Positions 9,085 to 18,802 of a stretch of DNA of 64,000 bases are shown piece by piece (position 1 is the stretch's first letter; the number at the start of each line of letters is the position of its first letter). A program made the translations under genes and the position numbers. The notes beneath the pieces were generated by a model. It was given only the letters and a program-made list of their open reading frames with translations, was not told where the DNA came from and searched no databases. This DNA is from Myxococcales bacterium (lineage in GTDB: Bacteria > Myxococcota_A > Polyangia > Polyangiales > Polyangiaceae): contig JAYTOU010000024.1 in the NCBI GenBank assembly GCA_043747615.1, positions 32,001 to 96,000 on the forward strand, in the 5' to 3' direction.

Positions 9085-9618
9085 TCACTCCGGAACGCAC
9101 TGAGGCTGACCGAAGTAGTCGAAGTCGCAATTCGAACCGGCCGCGGGGTGGAAGCAGCAGAATTTCGTGAAGCCGCCCTGCCCGGCGAACCTTGCACACG
9201 AAAGGCTGCCCGTGCCGCCCGTCGCACACGGCGCCGGGTTACCGAAGGGATCGCTGTAGTGGTTGTCGCAAACCGTGTCGTAGGTCTCGGCGGGAGTGAA
9301 CTGCGTGCTCGTGGTGCGCGTGCAGTCGCCGCCGTGGAGAGCGCCGCCGCCGCTGTCGACCACCGGTGTGCCGCTGTCGACGACCGGCGTTCCCGTGTCG
9401 GGATTCGTCGTCGTGCCCGCGTCGTTGACCGTGCCCGAATCGGCGATCGTCGAGGTGCCGGTATCTCCGCCGCCGCCGTAGCCGCCGTCACCGCTGGCGA
9501 GGCCGCCGTCGACGGGGCCGCCCACGACGCCGTTGTCGCTCGGCATCACGGCCGTCGCACACGCGATCAAGGCCAAAGGAGCAACGAAGGCGCCTAGGAG
9601 CGTAGATCCTCGCATCAT
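9085..9618 (-). CDS. Myxobacterial Cys-rich lipoprotein
   Basis: LIAC lipobox; DSG/DAG low-complexity linker; Cys-rich C-terminus. Confidence 0.7.
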   Translation of the reverse strand: MMRGSTLLGAFVAPLALIACATAVMPSDNGVVGGPVDGGLASGDGGYGGGGDTGTSTIADSGTVNDAGTTTNPDTGTPVVDSGTPVVDSGGGALHGGDCTRTTSTQFTPAETYDTVCDNHYSDPFGNPAPCATGGTGSLSCARFAGQGGFTKFCCFHPAAGSNCDFDYFGQPQCVPE

Positions 9619-9662
9619 GGAGACATACTTCCGAAACGGGCCTTTTGCCACCCCCACCGATC

Positions 9663-10184
9663 TTACTCTTCAGGATCCGGCTCTCCGCGAAGGGCGACGG
9701 GCAAACCATCGTGGAGACCGGGCGGAGCGAGCGGAACGTTTTCCCACCAATGACTCCACGGCATCTGCATACGGCGATGGGCGTGCTGGGGGTAGTAGAT
9801 GCGGTTGTCGGGCTTGTTGCCTTCGCCGCCGACGAGGAGCATCGCGTCCTTCGTGCCGTTGTTGATGAAGGTGTGGCAGATGCCGGTGCCCGCGGGAAAG
9901 GCCGCGAGATCGCCGGTCTCCATGCGGTGCAAATAGCCGTCGACCCACGCGTCGACCGGCCCTTCGAGCACGTAGACGAACTCCTCCTCTTTCTCCTCGG
10001 CGTGCGGCCACGACAGACGACGACCGGGAGGCAGACGGGTCACGTGCAGTCCGATTCGCATCAATCCCGCGACGCGTCCGATGGGCCGACCGCATCCGAG
10101 GGGCTCGTCGCTCCCCGCGTAGCGACCCTCTTTCTCGGGAACGTCGGAAGTGGAAACGATGTACGGCGGACGTGAGCTCAACAT
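9663..10184 (-). CDS. Cupin domain protein
   Basis: LPPGRRLSWPHAEEKEEEFVYVLEG; FPAGTGICHTFIN. Confidence 0.9.
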   Translation of the reverse strand: MLSSRPPYIVSTSDVPEKEGRYAGSDEPLGCGRPIGRVAGLMRIGLHVTRLPPGRRLSWPHAEEKEEEFVYVLEGPVDAWVDGYLHRMETGDLAAFPAGTGICHTFINNGTKDAMLLVGGEGNKPDNRIYYPQHAHRRMQMPWSHWWENVPLAPPGLHDGLPVALRGEPDPEE

Positions 10185-10197
10185 GAAGCTGGTATCG

Positions 10198-10325
10198 CAC
10201 GGCGTCCGCATCGCCTCAAGATGCTGCACACGGCGTCCGCATCGCTTCAAGATGCTGCGCACGGCGTCCGCATCGCTTCAAGATGCTGCGCACGGCGTCC
10301 GCATCGCCTCAAGATGCTGCACGGC
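10198..10325. repeat. Tandem array of four ~31-bp units with an internal GCATC-N7-GATGC palindrome
   Basis: Unit CACGGCGTCCGCATCGCYTCAAGATGCTGCR starts at 10198, 10229, 10260 and 10291 (29 bp), with a partial copy at 10320. Confidence 0.95.
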
Positions 10326-10378
10326 AACCGTTCGACAACGAGCGCTCGGAAAGCGTACATTTGCTCCCCGGCGCTCCG

Positions 10379-11743
10379 ATGGATCCCTACGGCCTACTCT
10401 ATCGAAATGCTCTTTTTCCGCTGTGGGAAGGCGTTCTTCGCAAGCGGCCAACGGTGTCGCGGCTCGCGTATCTCGAGCAGACCCAGCGGCTCTCACCGGC
10501 GGAGCTTCGTGAGCGTCAAGCCGCGACGCTGCGGCGCCTGCTCCGGCACGCGTACGCCAACTGTCCTTTCTACCGGGCACGATTCGACGAGGCCGGCGTC
10601 GACCCCGCGCGCATTCGCGATCAATCCGATATCGAAAAGCTTCCCCTCCTCACGCGCGATGACGCCCGTGATTCGCTCGCTGCACGTGCCTCGACGGTGC
10701 GCCCTTTTCCGACCATCCAGAAAACGACGAGCGGTAGCTCGGGAAGGCCGCTGACGATCGCGTACGACACGGACAGCGAGTCGTGGCGTCAGGCGGTCAA
10801 GTGGCGCGCCTACAAGTGGGCCGGGTATCGGCCGGGGGATCGCGCCATTCATTACTGGGGTCCGCAAGCGCACATCCCGGCGATCGGGAAGCGCGCGAAG
10901 GTCACCGTCGACCGCTTTTTTCGGCGCGAGCGCTACTTGAATTGCGTCATGCAGAGCGACGAAGCCCTGGAGAACGTGGTCCAGACACTGGCCCGCGAGC
11001 GACCGGCGGTGATCGTGGCTTATGCGCGGTCGGCCGGGAATCTCGCGCGTTACGTAAACGAACGCGGCGCGAGGGCCTGGGACACGATCCCCATCATATG
11101 CACCGCAGAGCAGCTCCTGCCGCAGGACCGAGCGGCGATCACCCGCGCATTCGGAGACGCGGTCTTCAACTCCTACGGGGGTCGCGAGACCATGCTCATC
11201 GCGGCCGAGTGCGACGCGCACGACGGGCTTCACGTCTCGACGGAAAATATTCTCGTCGAAGTCTTGATCACGGAGAACGGTCGACAGCGCGCCGCAGCGC
11301 CGGGGGAGCTCGGAGAAGTCGCGATCACCGATCTCCACAACCTTGGCTCGCCGCTCATCCGCTATCTCAACGGCGATCTCGCCATCCGTGAGGTTCCCGA
11401 CCGCTGCGCCTGCGGAAGAAGCCTCGAGCGCCTGCGTTCGCTCGAGGGCCGCAAGACCGACACCTTCCGCGACGGCAGGGGGCAGCAGATTCACGGAATG
11501 CTTTTTCCCGTTCTCATGCTTCCTTACGCAACCGCCGTTCGGCACTACCAGGCGATTCAACACGTGGATCGGTCCATCACCCTCAAGGTGGTGCCGACGC
11601 CCGAATTTGCGGCCGTCCGCGCGAAGCTCATGAAGAGCCTCGAAGACGCAATCGCCGGCGTGTCCATCGTCATCGAGCTGGTGGAAGAAATTCCCGCGTC
11701 GACCTCCGGCAAGCACCACCCGGTAATCGTCGAAGCAGCGTGA
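10379..11743 (+). CDS. Phenylacetate-CoA ligase/CapK-like adenylate-forming protein
   Basis: HAYANCPFYR, LPLLTR, TTSGSSGRP, YGGRE, ITDLHN..PLIRYLNGD, CACGR, SGKH. Confidence 0.88.
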   Translation: MDPYGLLYRNALFPLWEGVLRKRPTVSRLAYLEQTQRLSPAELRERQAATLRRLLRHAYANCPFYRARFDEAGVDPARIRDQSDIEKLPLLTRDDARDSLAARASTVRPFPTIQKTTSGSSGRPLTIAYDTDSESWRQAVKWRAYKWAGYRPGDRAIHYWGPQAHIPAIGKRAKVTVDRFFRRERYLNCVMQSDEALENVVQTLARERPAVIVAYARSAGNLARYVNERGARAWDTIPIICTAEQLLPQDRAAITRAFGDAVFNSYGGRETMLIAAECDAHDGLHVSTENILVEVLITENGRQRAAAPGELGEVAITDLHNLGSPLIRYLNGDLAIREVPDRCACGRSLERLRSLEGRKTDTFRDGRGQQIHGMLFPVLMLPYATAVRHYQAIQHVDRSITLKVVPTPEFAAVRAKLMKSLEDAIAGVSIVIELVEEIPASTSGKHHPVIVEAA

Positions 11744-11746
11744 AGC

Positions 11747-12424
11747 TCAGGACGCCGGCAATTTCCAGTCGATCTCGGGCTTCCCGCCTTCGCGCAGAAG
11801 CCGGTTGATCTCGGAGAAAGGTTTGCTCCCGAAGAAGCCGCCGCTTGCCGAGAGCGGCGACGGATGAGTGCCCTCGAGCACCACGTGGCGGGCGCGATCG
11901 ATGAGCTGGGCCTTCTTCCTCGCGTAGCCGCCCCACAAGACGAAGATCACGCGATCACTCTTTTCGTTCACCTTGCGGATGACGGCGTCCGTGAATTTTT
12001 CCCAACCTTGATCCTTGTGCGAGTTCGCCTCGTGAGCGCGCACCGTGAAGACGGCGTTGAGCATCAGGATTCCTTGCTCGGCCCATGACGTGAGGCAACC
12101 GTGAGTCGCGGGAGCAATGCCGAGATCGCTCGCGAGCTCCTTGTAGATGTTTGCGAGCGAGCGGGGCGGCTTGATCCCCGCCTTCACCGAGAAGCACAGG
12201 CCGTGGGCCTGGCCGTCGCCGTGGTAGGGATCCTGACCGAGCAACACGACGTTTACGCGCTCGTAAGGGGTGAGCGCGAAGGCCGTGAACACCTCGTTTT
12301 CGGGAGGAAAAACCTGGTGCGCCGCGCGCTCGGCTTCGAGGAAGGTCGCGCACGATTTCAGGTACGGTTTTTCGAGCTCGCCTGCGAGCACCTCGCGCCA
12401 CGCGTCAGGGAGGTGCGAAATCAG
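11747..12424 (-). CDS. ung: Uracil-DNA glycosylase, family 1
   Basis: GQDPYH, GLCFS, LMLN, LWG, HPSPLS motifs; no ATG at the expected start (CTG at 12424 suspected). Confidence 0.93.
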   Translation of the reverse strand: MISHLPDAWREVLAGELEKPYLKSCATFLEAERAAHQVFPPENEVFTAFALTPYERVNVVLLGQDPYHGDGQAHGLCFSVKAGIKPPRSLANIYKELASDLGIAPATHGCLTSWAEQGILMLNAVFTVRAHEANSHKDQGWEKFTDAVIRKVNEKSDRVIFVLWGGYARKKAQLIDRARHVVLEGTHPSPLSASGGFFGSKPFSEINRLLREGGKPEIDWKLPAS

Positions 12425-12434
12425 GCGACCCCGC

Positions 12435-13880
12435 TCACTTCTGAATCCCGACGCGGTAGATGTTTCCGCCTGCGTCGCTCGCGATGTAGAGCGCGCCGTC
12501 GATCGGTGAAATCGCCACGCCTGCAGGACGCGGCCCTTCGCCCCCCATCGGAGAGCTCCACGTCCACGCGCCGTCGGTTGGGCCGCTCGCATTTCCGCCG
12601 CCGAGAACCGTCTCGTACGGGAAGGTGGTGGTCGTGCTGGTAGAGACCGGCATCGGAGCATTTCCCGCGGCGTCGAAGGGCATCCATACCACCTTGGAGC
12701 CGGTGGCCGGGCTGCGGTCCCACGAGCCATGAAGGGCGATGAACGCGCCGTTTCGCCAGCGCTCGGGGAGTCCGCCCGAGGGCTGCACGTCGAAGAAGCT
12801 GATGTCGAGCGGCGCCGAGTGAGCCTGTACGAACGTGGCCGGTTGGGAAGAGTTCGAGGCGCACCACGCGTCATCGACTCCGGCCGACGGATAGTTCTCG
12901 TTCACGACTTGCGTGCCCGGCGCGATCAGCATCGCTCCCGACACGATGCGCTGCGAGGTCATGCAGAACGGGTAGCCAAAGTTCTTTCCCGGTGCGAGGG
13001 CCACGACCTGCTCACCGGGGTTGTCGTTGTGGACGTCTTGCCCTTGGTAGCGCACATCGTCGAGCCCGTTGACGACGCCGTACATGCGACCGGCGGCGTT
13101 CTGGGTGAAGCCCGCCATGTTGCGCAGCCCTTGGCTCACGACTTCGCCGCTCAACCAGGCGAGCGGAGTGGTGCCGTCGAACGTCGAGAGCTTGAAGCGC
13201 CGGAGCAGGGATCGCGCGGTGTCGTAGACCGACGTCGTGGGGTTCGAATCGTTGCTCATGTTCGCGGCCGAGCCGGAATGAACGTAGAGATAGCCGCCAT
13301 AGACGTGCACGGTGTGAAGGGAGTGGCCTCCCGCGGGCTGCCCGGTGACGACGCTCACGGGCGCGCCACCGGACATCGCCGTCGGCGAGTAAGGAAAGCG
13401 CACGACGCCGTCCAAGCTACCCGCGTAAAGAAACCCGCCCGCGACGTCGATGTGGCAGTTGTTTCCATTGGCGCCGGGCGACGTCGCCCAGGTCGTCACC
13501 TCACCCGGTTGAAACGTGCCGTCGCCATTCGAGTCGCGGAGCAGGCGGATCGCGCCGCTTCGGCTCACCGCGAATAGGTCACCGTTCGGCGCGAAGGTGA
13601 GCTGCCTCTGCGCGATGATGTTCGTGGCCACGACGCGCGCGCACAGCCCCGCCGGAACGTAGTGTTGATCGACCGGCAGTGGCGTCCCGCGACAGGGATC
13701 GCCCGCGCCAGGGGACGGAACGAAATGATCGGGCGACCACGTGTCCCCCGCGGACCCATCGAGCGATCCATCGACCGCGCCAGCGTCGCCGCCATCCACG
13801 TCTCCCGCATTCGAGGTGTCGCCCCCGCACGCGATGAACGCGAGCACGACCGCGGCACCACCATGATGGGTAAAACGCAT
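12435..13880 (-). CDS. Glucose/sorbosone dehydrogenase-like (PQQ beta-propeller) lipoprotein
   Basis: FIAC lipobox; GLRN, NFGYPFC, AHSAPL, HGSWDR, RPAGVAISPIDGALYIASD. Confidence 0.85.
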   Translation of the reverse strand: MRFTHHGGAAVVLAFIACGGDTSNAGDVDGGDAGAVDGSLDGSAGDTWSPDHFVPSPGAGDPCRGTPLPVDQHYVPAGLCARVVATNIIAQRQLTFAPNGDLFAVSRSGAIRLLRDSNGDGTFQPGEVTTWATSPGANGNNCHIDVAGGFLYAGSLDGVVRFPYSPTAMSGGAPVSVVTGQPAGGHSLHTVHVYGGYLYVHSGSAANMSNDSNPTTSVYDTARSLLRRFKLSTFDGTTPLAWLSGEVVSQGLRNMAGFTQNAAGRMYGVVNGLDDVRYQGQDVHNDNPGEQVVALAPGKNFGYPFCMTSQRIVSGAMLIAPGTQVVNENYPSAGVDDAWCASNSSQPATFVQAHSAPLDISFFDVQPSGGLPERWRNGAFIALHGSWDRSPATGSKVVWMPFDAAGNAPMPVSTSTTTTFPYETVLGGGNASGPTDGAWTWSSPMGGEGPRPAGVAISPIDGALYIASDAGGNIYRVGIQK

Positions 13881-13922
13881 CACAGAACTCTACGATCGAA
13901 ATGGGATCCGTGCTGCTCAACC

Positions 13923-14360
13923 TCACATCGCCGCGCGGAGAACGTGCACCGCCATCCCCAAGATCGTCAGCGAACCGAGCGCGAACATCACCGTTCGCCA
14001 CGGCTGAATGGCGTTCAGGTAGAAAAACGAATGAAGGATCCGCGTGGCGACGAAGGAGCCGAAGTAGGACCACGCGGCCGTCGCCGAAGGGGCTGTCACG
14101 GCGTAAAGACTGGCGACGACGAAGTAGGGAACGATGTTCTCGATCGCGTTCCGATGCGCACGCTGCGTACGCAGGACGGCCTCGGTTTCGACGGGCACGA
14201 GATCGGCGCCTTTGACCACTGCGGCCGAGTCTTCGTGGTTCACCACCTTGCGGGCTTTGACACGCGCGAGCGCAGTGGACACCCCGAGCGACATCGTGTG
14301 CAGCGCCAGGACGGTCGACGTGGCTGCGTAGGCGGTGAGTACCGGGTTTTCCATGATCAT
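13923..14360 (-). CDS. MAPEG family membrane protein
   Basis: RTQRAHRNAIENI, FVATRILHS; four hydrophobic segments. Confidence 0.9.
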   Translation of the reverse strand: MIMENPVLTAYAATSTVLALHTMSLGVSTALARVKARKVVNHEDSAAVVKGADLVPVETEAVLRTQRAHRNAIENIVPYFVVASLYAVTAPSATAAWSYFGSFVATRILHSFFYLNAIQPWRTVMFALGSLTILGMAVHVLRAAM

Positions 14361-14418
14361 GGTCTTTTCCTTTTTGTGCTGCGCAGCAGCGTTTACAATA
14401 CACGTATGCTGCCGGGAC

Positions 14419-15141
14419 ATGGCTCTCCGTAAGCTCGTCGCCTTTGCTATCGCCTCTCTCGCCGTCTGTCTCGGCGCATGCTCGAAGCTCCCCAAAGAAG
14501 GCGCTCCCTGCGCGGCGAAGGGCGACATCACGTGCCTCGACAAGACGACGGCGGTCATCTGCGTGGGCGGCAAATTCGAGAAGCTCACATGCGACGCGCC
14601 CATTGGGTGCGTGACGGTCGCCGGCAGCGGGAGCTGCACGCACTCGAGCTACGCGGTGGGCGAGCCGTGCCTCGAGGAGGGCACGCCCGGCTGCAGCGGC
14701 GATCACAAGTCGATGATCAAGTGCGAGGCGGACCACTGGAAGCTCGTCAACACCTGCGCTGGCGTGCTCGGGTGCGTCTCGAACGCCGAAGGCACGAAGT
14801 GCGATCTGGGAGCGGCTGCCGCGGGCTCAGCCTGCACGAAAGAGAACGAGGGCAACGCGTCGTGCACTCCAGACGCGAAGTCGCTACTCATCTGCAAGGC
14901 CGGAAAAATGACGATCGCCGCCACGTGCAAGGGCACGCACGGATGCCGTCAGCTCGGGTCCCAGCTCACCTGCGACGAAACGATCGCCGACCTCGGCGAC
15001 GTTTGCGACTCGAGCGAGTACGAAGGAAAGTTTGGCTGCACCCCGGACAAAAAAATGCGTGTAGTATGCAGGAAAAACAAGATGGTCAAGGACAAGGCGT
15101 GCAACTGCTCGGTCATGATCGACAAAGTGAGCTGCAACTAA
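14419..15141 (+). CDS. Lipoprotein built of four Cys-rich repeats
   Basis: LGAC lipobox; repeated G-x-x-C...C...C...C...GC units. Confidence 0.75.
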   Translation: MALRKLVAFAIASLAVCLGACSKLPKEGAPCAAKGDITCLDKTTAVICVGGKFEKLTCDAPIGCVTVAGSGSCTHSSYAVGEPCLEEGTPGCSGDHKSMIKCEADHWKLVNTCAGVLGCVSNAEGTKCDLGAAAAGSACTKENEGNASCTPDAKSLLICKAGKMTIAATCKGTHGCRQLGSQLTCDETIADLGDVCDSSEYEGKFGCTPDKKMRVVCRKNKMVKDKACNCSVMIDKVSCN

Positions 15142-15289
15142 CCCTCACAGGGGGTTGGCCACGAGCGTCAGCATAGGTAGACGCGCCAGTGCGCGGGCGT
15201 CATCTTCGGCGCGGGAATCTTTGCAGTTTCGACCCGGCGATCTTCGTGGGCGACTGGGCGATTGGCCAGCTGTAGACGCGCGCTAGGCG

Positions 15290-16333
15290 TCACGCGGCGG
15301 CGCGGATCACCCAGGCGTCGACGAGCGAGGCGAGCCTGGCCTGCTCGGCGGCGGGCGGAACTCCACACGAGCGCCGAGCGGCGGCGGAGAGGCGCTCGTC
15401 GGAGAAGGATAGTGCGGCCACAGCCCCGCGCACCGCACACGCGATCTGCTCTCGCTCGTCCGCGCCGAGGTGCGCGTCGGCCCACGCGGCGATCTGCCAG
15501 CTCAGCTCGGCGTGGCCGCATTCCTCGCGGGCGATGTCAGCGAGCGCGCGACGCACGTCGGGATCGGCTGCTCGCTTCGCTCGGACCAGGGCGAGCGCGG
15601 CTCCGTAGGTCTCGCGAACGCAGCCCTCGACGGCGTTCTCGAGGGCGACGTCGAACAAGCTGCGCGGTGCCGTGCGCGGAGGCGCCGAGGGACTCTTGAC
15701 GTCGGCGCCGAAGCGGCGTGCGAGTGCCGCGGTCACCTCGGCATGACGAACCTCCTCGCGGGCAGCCTCCGTTGCAGCGCCCACCAGCGAGGCGGGCGCG
15801 CCGTGCGCAGCGAGCTCCGCGGCGAGGCGCTCGAACGCTTGCACGCTCACCGCTTCCAGGTGGGCGCACGCCGCGAGGTAGTCACCGGTCGAGAGCCCTT
15901 CTCGCTGCGCGAGCTCCTCCGCGCCTTCCGTCCGACGCCCCGTGCAATCGACGCTGCAGGTGATGCTGACGGGAGCGGTGACCGCGGGGCATACGCCCGC
16001 TCCGGCGTCCCCGGTGGCGGAGGTCCCCGCGTCGGCGGCCACGGGTTGCGCTGCGACGTAGGCGCGCTCGTAATCGTCGGGCAGTCCACAGACGGTGTAA
16101 ACGGGGCCGCACGCGCTGTAGCACGTTGGTCCTCTCACGTAGCTCGAGCCTCCCGAGGCGGACGAGACCCGCCCGTTTTCCTCCGACGCCATGGCGCACG
16201 CGACGTCGGGTGAGACAGCAACGCTCTTCGGCCCGGGGCTGTGGCAACGGTCGTTCGAGGTGGAAATCGCGCTGCAGGCCGGGAGGGTGAGGAGCGCGGC
16301 AACATGCGCGAGCAAGAGGGGAACGTTTCGCAT
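15290..16333 (-). CDS. Ferritin-like (diiron) domain lipoprotein, myxobacterial family
   Basis: LPAC lipobox; GRR, LEAVSVQAF, EEVRH, ENAVEGCVRETYGA, EECGH. Confidence 0.8.
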   Translation of the reverse strand: MRNVPLLLAHVAALLTLPACSAISTSNDRCHSPGPKSVAVSPDVACAMASEENGRVSSASGGSSYVRGPTCYSACGPVYTVCGLPDDYERAYVAAQPVAADAGTSATGDAGAGVCPAVTAPVSITCSVDCTGRRTEGAEELAQREGLSTGDYLAACAHLEAVSVQAFERLAAELAAHGAPASLVGAATEAAREEVRHAEVTAALARRFGADVKSPSAPPRTAPRSLFDVALENAVEGCVRETYGAALALVRAKRAADPDVRRALADIAREECGHAELSWQIAAWADAHLGADEREQIACAVRGAVAALSFSDERLSAAARRSCGVPPAAEQARLASLVDAWVIRAAA

Positions 16334-16491
16334 CACGGCACCCTCAGCAAGCTGCGTTCCACGATGGAGAAGCCGCCTTCGCCGATGGATCGCCATGCGA
16401 GTCGCCCGCCCGTATGACATCGTGGTCATGCGCGCGGACTGACCACGTTGAAAGAGTCCTCGTGCGCGCAAAGGTCGACTAGTGTCGAGGG

Positions 16492-16974
16492 ATGACGTTT
16501 TCGACGGTTAGTGCCGCCGTGATCCTTCTTGTGGTCATCCTTCTGCCCGGATGCGGCGGCACGTCCGCGCCCCCGAGCGCCATCGGCCCGAATGGCAACG
16601 TGACGAACGCAGCAACCAACCAGGCGGACACGGCGGCGGTCGAAGCGCGGCTGCGCGGCACCTGGCGGATTGCCGAGTACCGCTCGGAGGTCCCGCTCGA
16701 AGCGACGCTCCAGGGGTTGCTGGCGCTGCAGCTCCAGACCATGACCGTGCGCTTCGAAGGCGGCCGCGTCCTCGCCGACTCACAGACCATCCACGTCAAT
16801 CGCGCGTTCAAGATCACCGACTCCGCCGGGCCCAACTTCAAGTTCGTCGCTACGGACGAATCCGGAAATCAGTCGACCTCGGCCTGCCAATTCACGGACG
16901 ACAATGCGACTATCCTTTTTCACAGCGAGACGGAGCCGTGGCGCGGAACCGGCTCCTTGAAGCGCACGCAGTAA
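16492..16974 (+). CDS. Hypothetical lipoprotein (lipocalin-like LRGTW motif)
   Basis: LPGC lipobox; TAGTGT-N6-ATG upstream. Confidence 0.7.
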   Translation: MTFSTVSAAVILLVVILLPGCGGTSAPPSAIGPNGNVTNAATNQADTAAVEARLRGTWRIAEYRSEVPLEATLQGLLALQLQTMTVRFEGGRVLADSQTIHVNRAFKITDSAGPNFKFVATDESGNQSTSACQFTDDNATILFHSETEPWRGTGSLKRTQ

Positions 16975-17085
16975 GCCGGGATCAATATTTGTGAGTGCGG
17001 GCGCCGTGCCCGACGTAGGTGTTGAGGAGGTTCGGTTTACCACCTCGGTGGCGGCGGCGGGCTTCCCGTCCTAGAGTCCGCGTCG

Positions 17086-18168
17086 ATGCGCATTTCCCTC
17101 GAGGCAAGGAGACGATTTCGTGATCTCGCGACCGGCGCCATCTGCGCCTCGCTAACTTTCTTTCAGACCTCCTGCGCGTCGCTCACCTACGTCACGCAGG
17201 CCGCCGCCGGGCAGGACGATCTCAATTTGCGAGCGCGCAACATCGACGATCTTGTCCTTGAGAAACGGGTGGACGCACGCACGCGAGGCCTCCTGTCGCA
17301 AGTCGCAGCCATGAAGCGATTCGGCGAGCAGCACGGGCTGAAGGCGACGACAAACTACACGAAATACGTGCGCGTCGATCGGCCCGCCGTCGTCTGGGTG
17401 GTGAGCGCGTCGAAGCCGCTCCAATTCAAGTCGCGGAGGTGGACTTTTCCCTTCGTGGGGAGCTTCACGTACCTCGGATGGTTCAAGCTTGATCAGGCGA
17501 GGGCGTTCGCTACGGAGCTTCGTCGTGACGGCTGGGACGTCGACGTTCGCGGCGCGGGTGCGTACTCGACGGCTGGTTTCTTCGAGGATTCCGTCCTGTC
17601 AACGATGATGCACGAGGGCAAGGAGGGGCTCGGCGAGCTCGCAAACACGATCCTCCACGAGTCGGCGCACGCCACGTTTTTCGTGCATCATCAGTCGACG
17701 CTGAACGAGAGCGTGGCGAACTTCATCGGAGACACACTCGCCGCGAGCTACCTGAAAGAGACCATCGGCGCCGACTCCGACGAGACGCACGCCTACCTCG
17801 CGTCGGAAGAGAAAACGGATCGCAAAGGGCTCAGATTGCGCGAGACGTACCGGGCGCTTCATGTGCTGTACGCATCGTCGAAATCGGATGAAGAGAAGAC
17901 GCGCGAGAAAACGATCACGCTGACCAACCTGCGCGCGGAGCTCGGGTTCAAGAGACCGATCGGCAACGCCACGCTCATTCAGTACAACACGTACAACTCC
18001 GGGCAGGCCGAGCTAGGAGCTCTACTCGACAAGTGCGGCGGGGATTGGCCGAAGTTCATTCGCACCCTGAAGAGGCTCGAATCCCAGGACTTTCCGAAGT
18101 CCGAAGATCAGGAGGACGACATCAGCCGCATCATCAACCCTATGCTGGCCGCAGGCTGCACCGGCTAG
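17086..18168 (+). CDS. Putative zinc aminopeptidase (DUF2265-like)
   Basis: WTFPFVGSFTYLGWF, AYSTAG, HESAH zinc motif, LNESVANF. Confidence 0.85.
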   Translation: MRISLEARRRFRDLATGAICASLTFFQTSCASLTYVTQAAAGQDDLNLRARNIDDLVLEKRVDARTRGLLSQVAAMKRFGEQHGLKATTNYTKYVRVDRPAVVWVVSASKPLQFKSRRWTFPFVGSFTYLGWFKLDQARAFATELRRDGWDVDVRGAGAYSTAGFFEDSVLSTMMHEGKEGLGELANTILHESAHATFFVHHQSTLNESVANFIGDTLAASYLKETIGADSDETHAYLASEEKTDRKGLRLRETYRALHVLYASSKSDEEKTREKTITLTNLRAELGFKRPIGNATLIQYNTYNSGQAELGALLDKCGGDWPKFIRTLKRLESQDFPKSEDQEDDISRIINPMLAAGCTG

Positions 18169-18205
18169 AAAAAAACGAGTAGAATTCTCCCTAAGGAGAT
18201 TCTAG

Positions 18206-18802
18206 ATGCCCAGATCCATGTTTCATCCGTTCCGCTTGGTCGTCGCCGTGCTCGCCTCGGCCTTGGTGCAGCTGCCCGCGTCAGCCCTCCACGCCGAAGG
18301 CAAACAGAACAACGAGGCGAATGAAAAAGGTCGAAAGGGCGACAAGGACAACGCCGCTGCAAGCGTCGCCGTCGACACGCACAAGGGCGAGAAGCAAGAC
18401 GACTTCGACGACGAAAACGAAGGCGTGAAAGACGAGGGCAAGAAGAACGAAGGCAAGCCCGAGAAGGAGCACAAGAAGAGCGCTGCAGAGGAGCTCTTCG
18501 GTGACGACAACAAGGACGAGCCCGATCCCGTTCGGCTCGAAGTTCACACGAAGGGCGAGAAAGTTGCGGCGCGCGTCAAGCTCGAAAAGATCCTCGAAGG
18601 GAAGCCGATGACCGAGAACCTCCGCGCCGAGCTCCAGCGCGACGCGCTCACGACCGCCAAGCTCCTACGCATCCGCAGCCTCGCGCGGTCTGCCAAAGAC
18701 GCGTCGTCGATCAGCAAGGTCAACGCGCTCCTCACCAAGGAGCACGAGCGTCACGCAGAGTTTCTCGCATCCTACAAAGCCACGGTCGGGGGCAGAAAAT
18801 GA
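18206..18802 (+). CDS. Secreted, highly charged hypothetical protein
   Basis: Signal peptide, K/E/D-rich linker, helical C-terminus; AAGGAG ribosome-binding site. Confidence 0.7.
   Translation: MPRSMFHPFRLVVAVLASALVQLPASALHAEGKQNNEANEKGRKGDKDNAAASVAVDTHKGEKQDDFDDENEGVKDEGKKNEGKPEKEHKKSAAEELFGDDNKDEPDPVRLEVHTKGEKVAARVKLEKILEGKPMTENLRAELQRDALTTAKLLRIRSLARSAKDASSISKVNALLTKEHERHAEFLASYKATVGGRK

Noticed and set aside
10198..10325. CRISPR array
   Set aside because: The repeats are contiguous with no unique spacers, and no cas genes are present
10379..11743. Phenylacetate catabolism (paaK) or capsule locus
   Set aside because: No paa or polysaccharide genes are adjacent, so only a family-level call is supported
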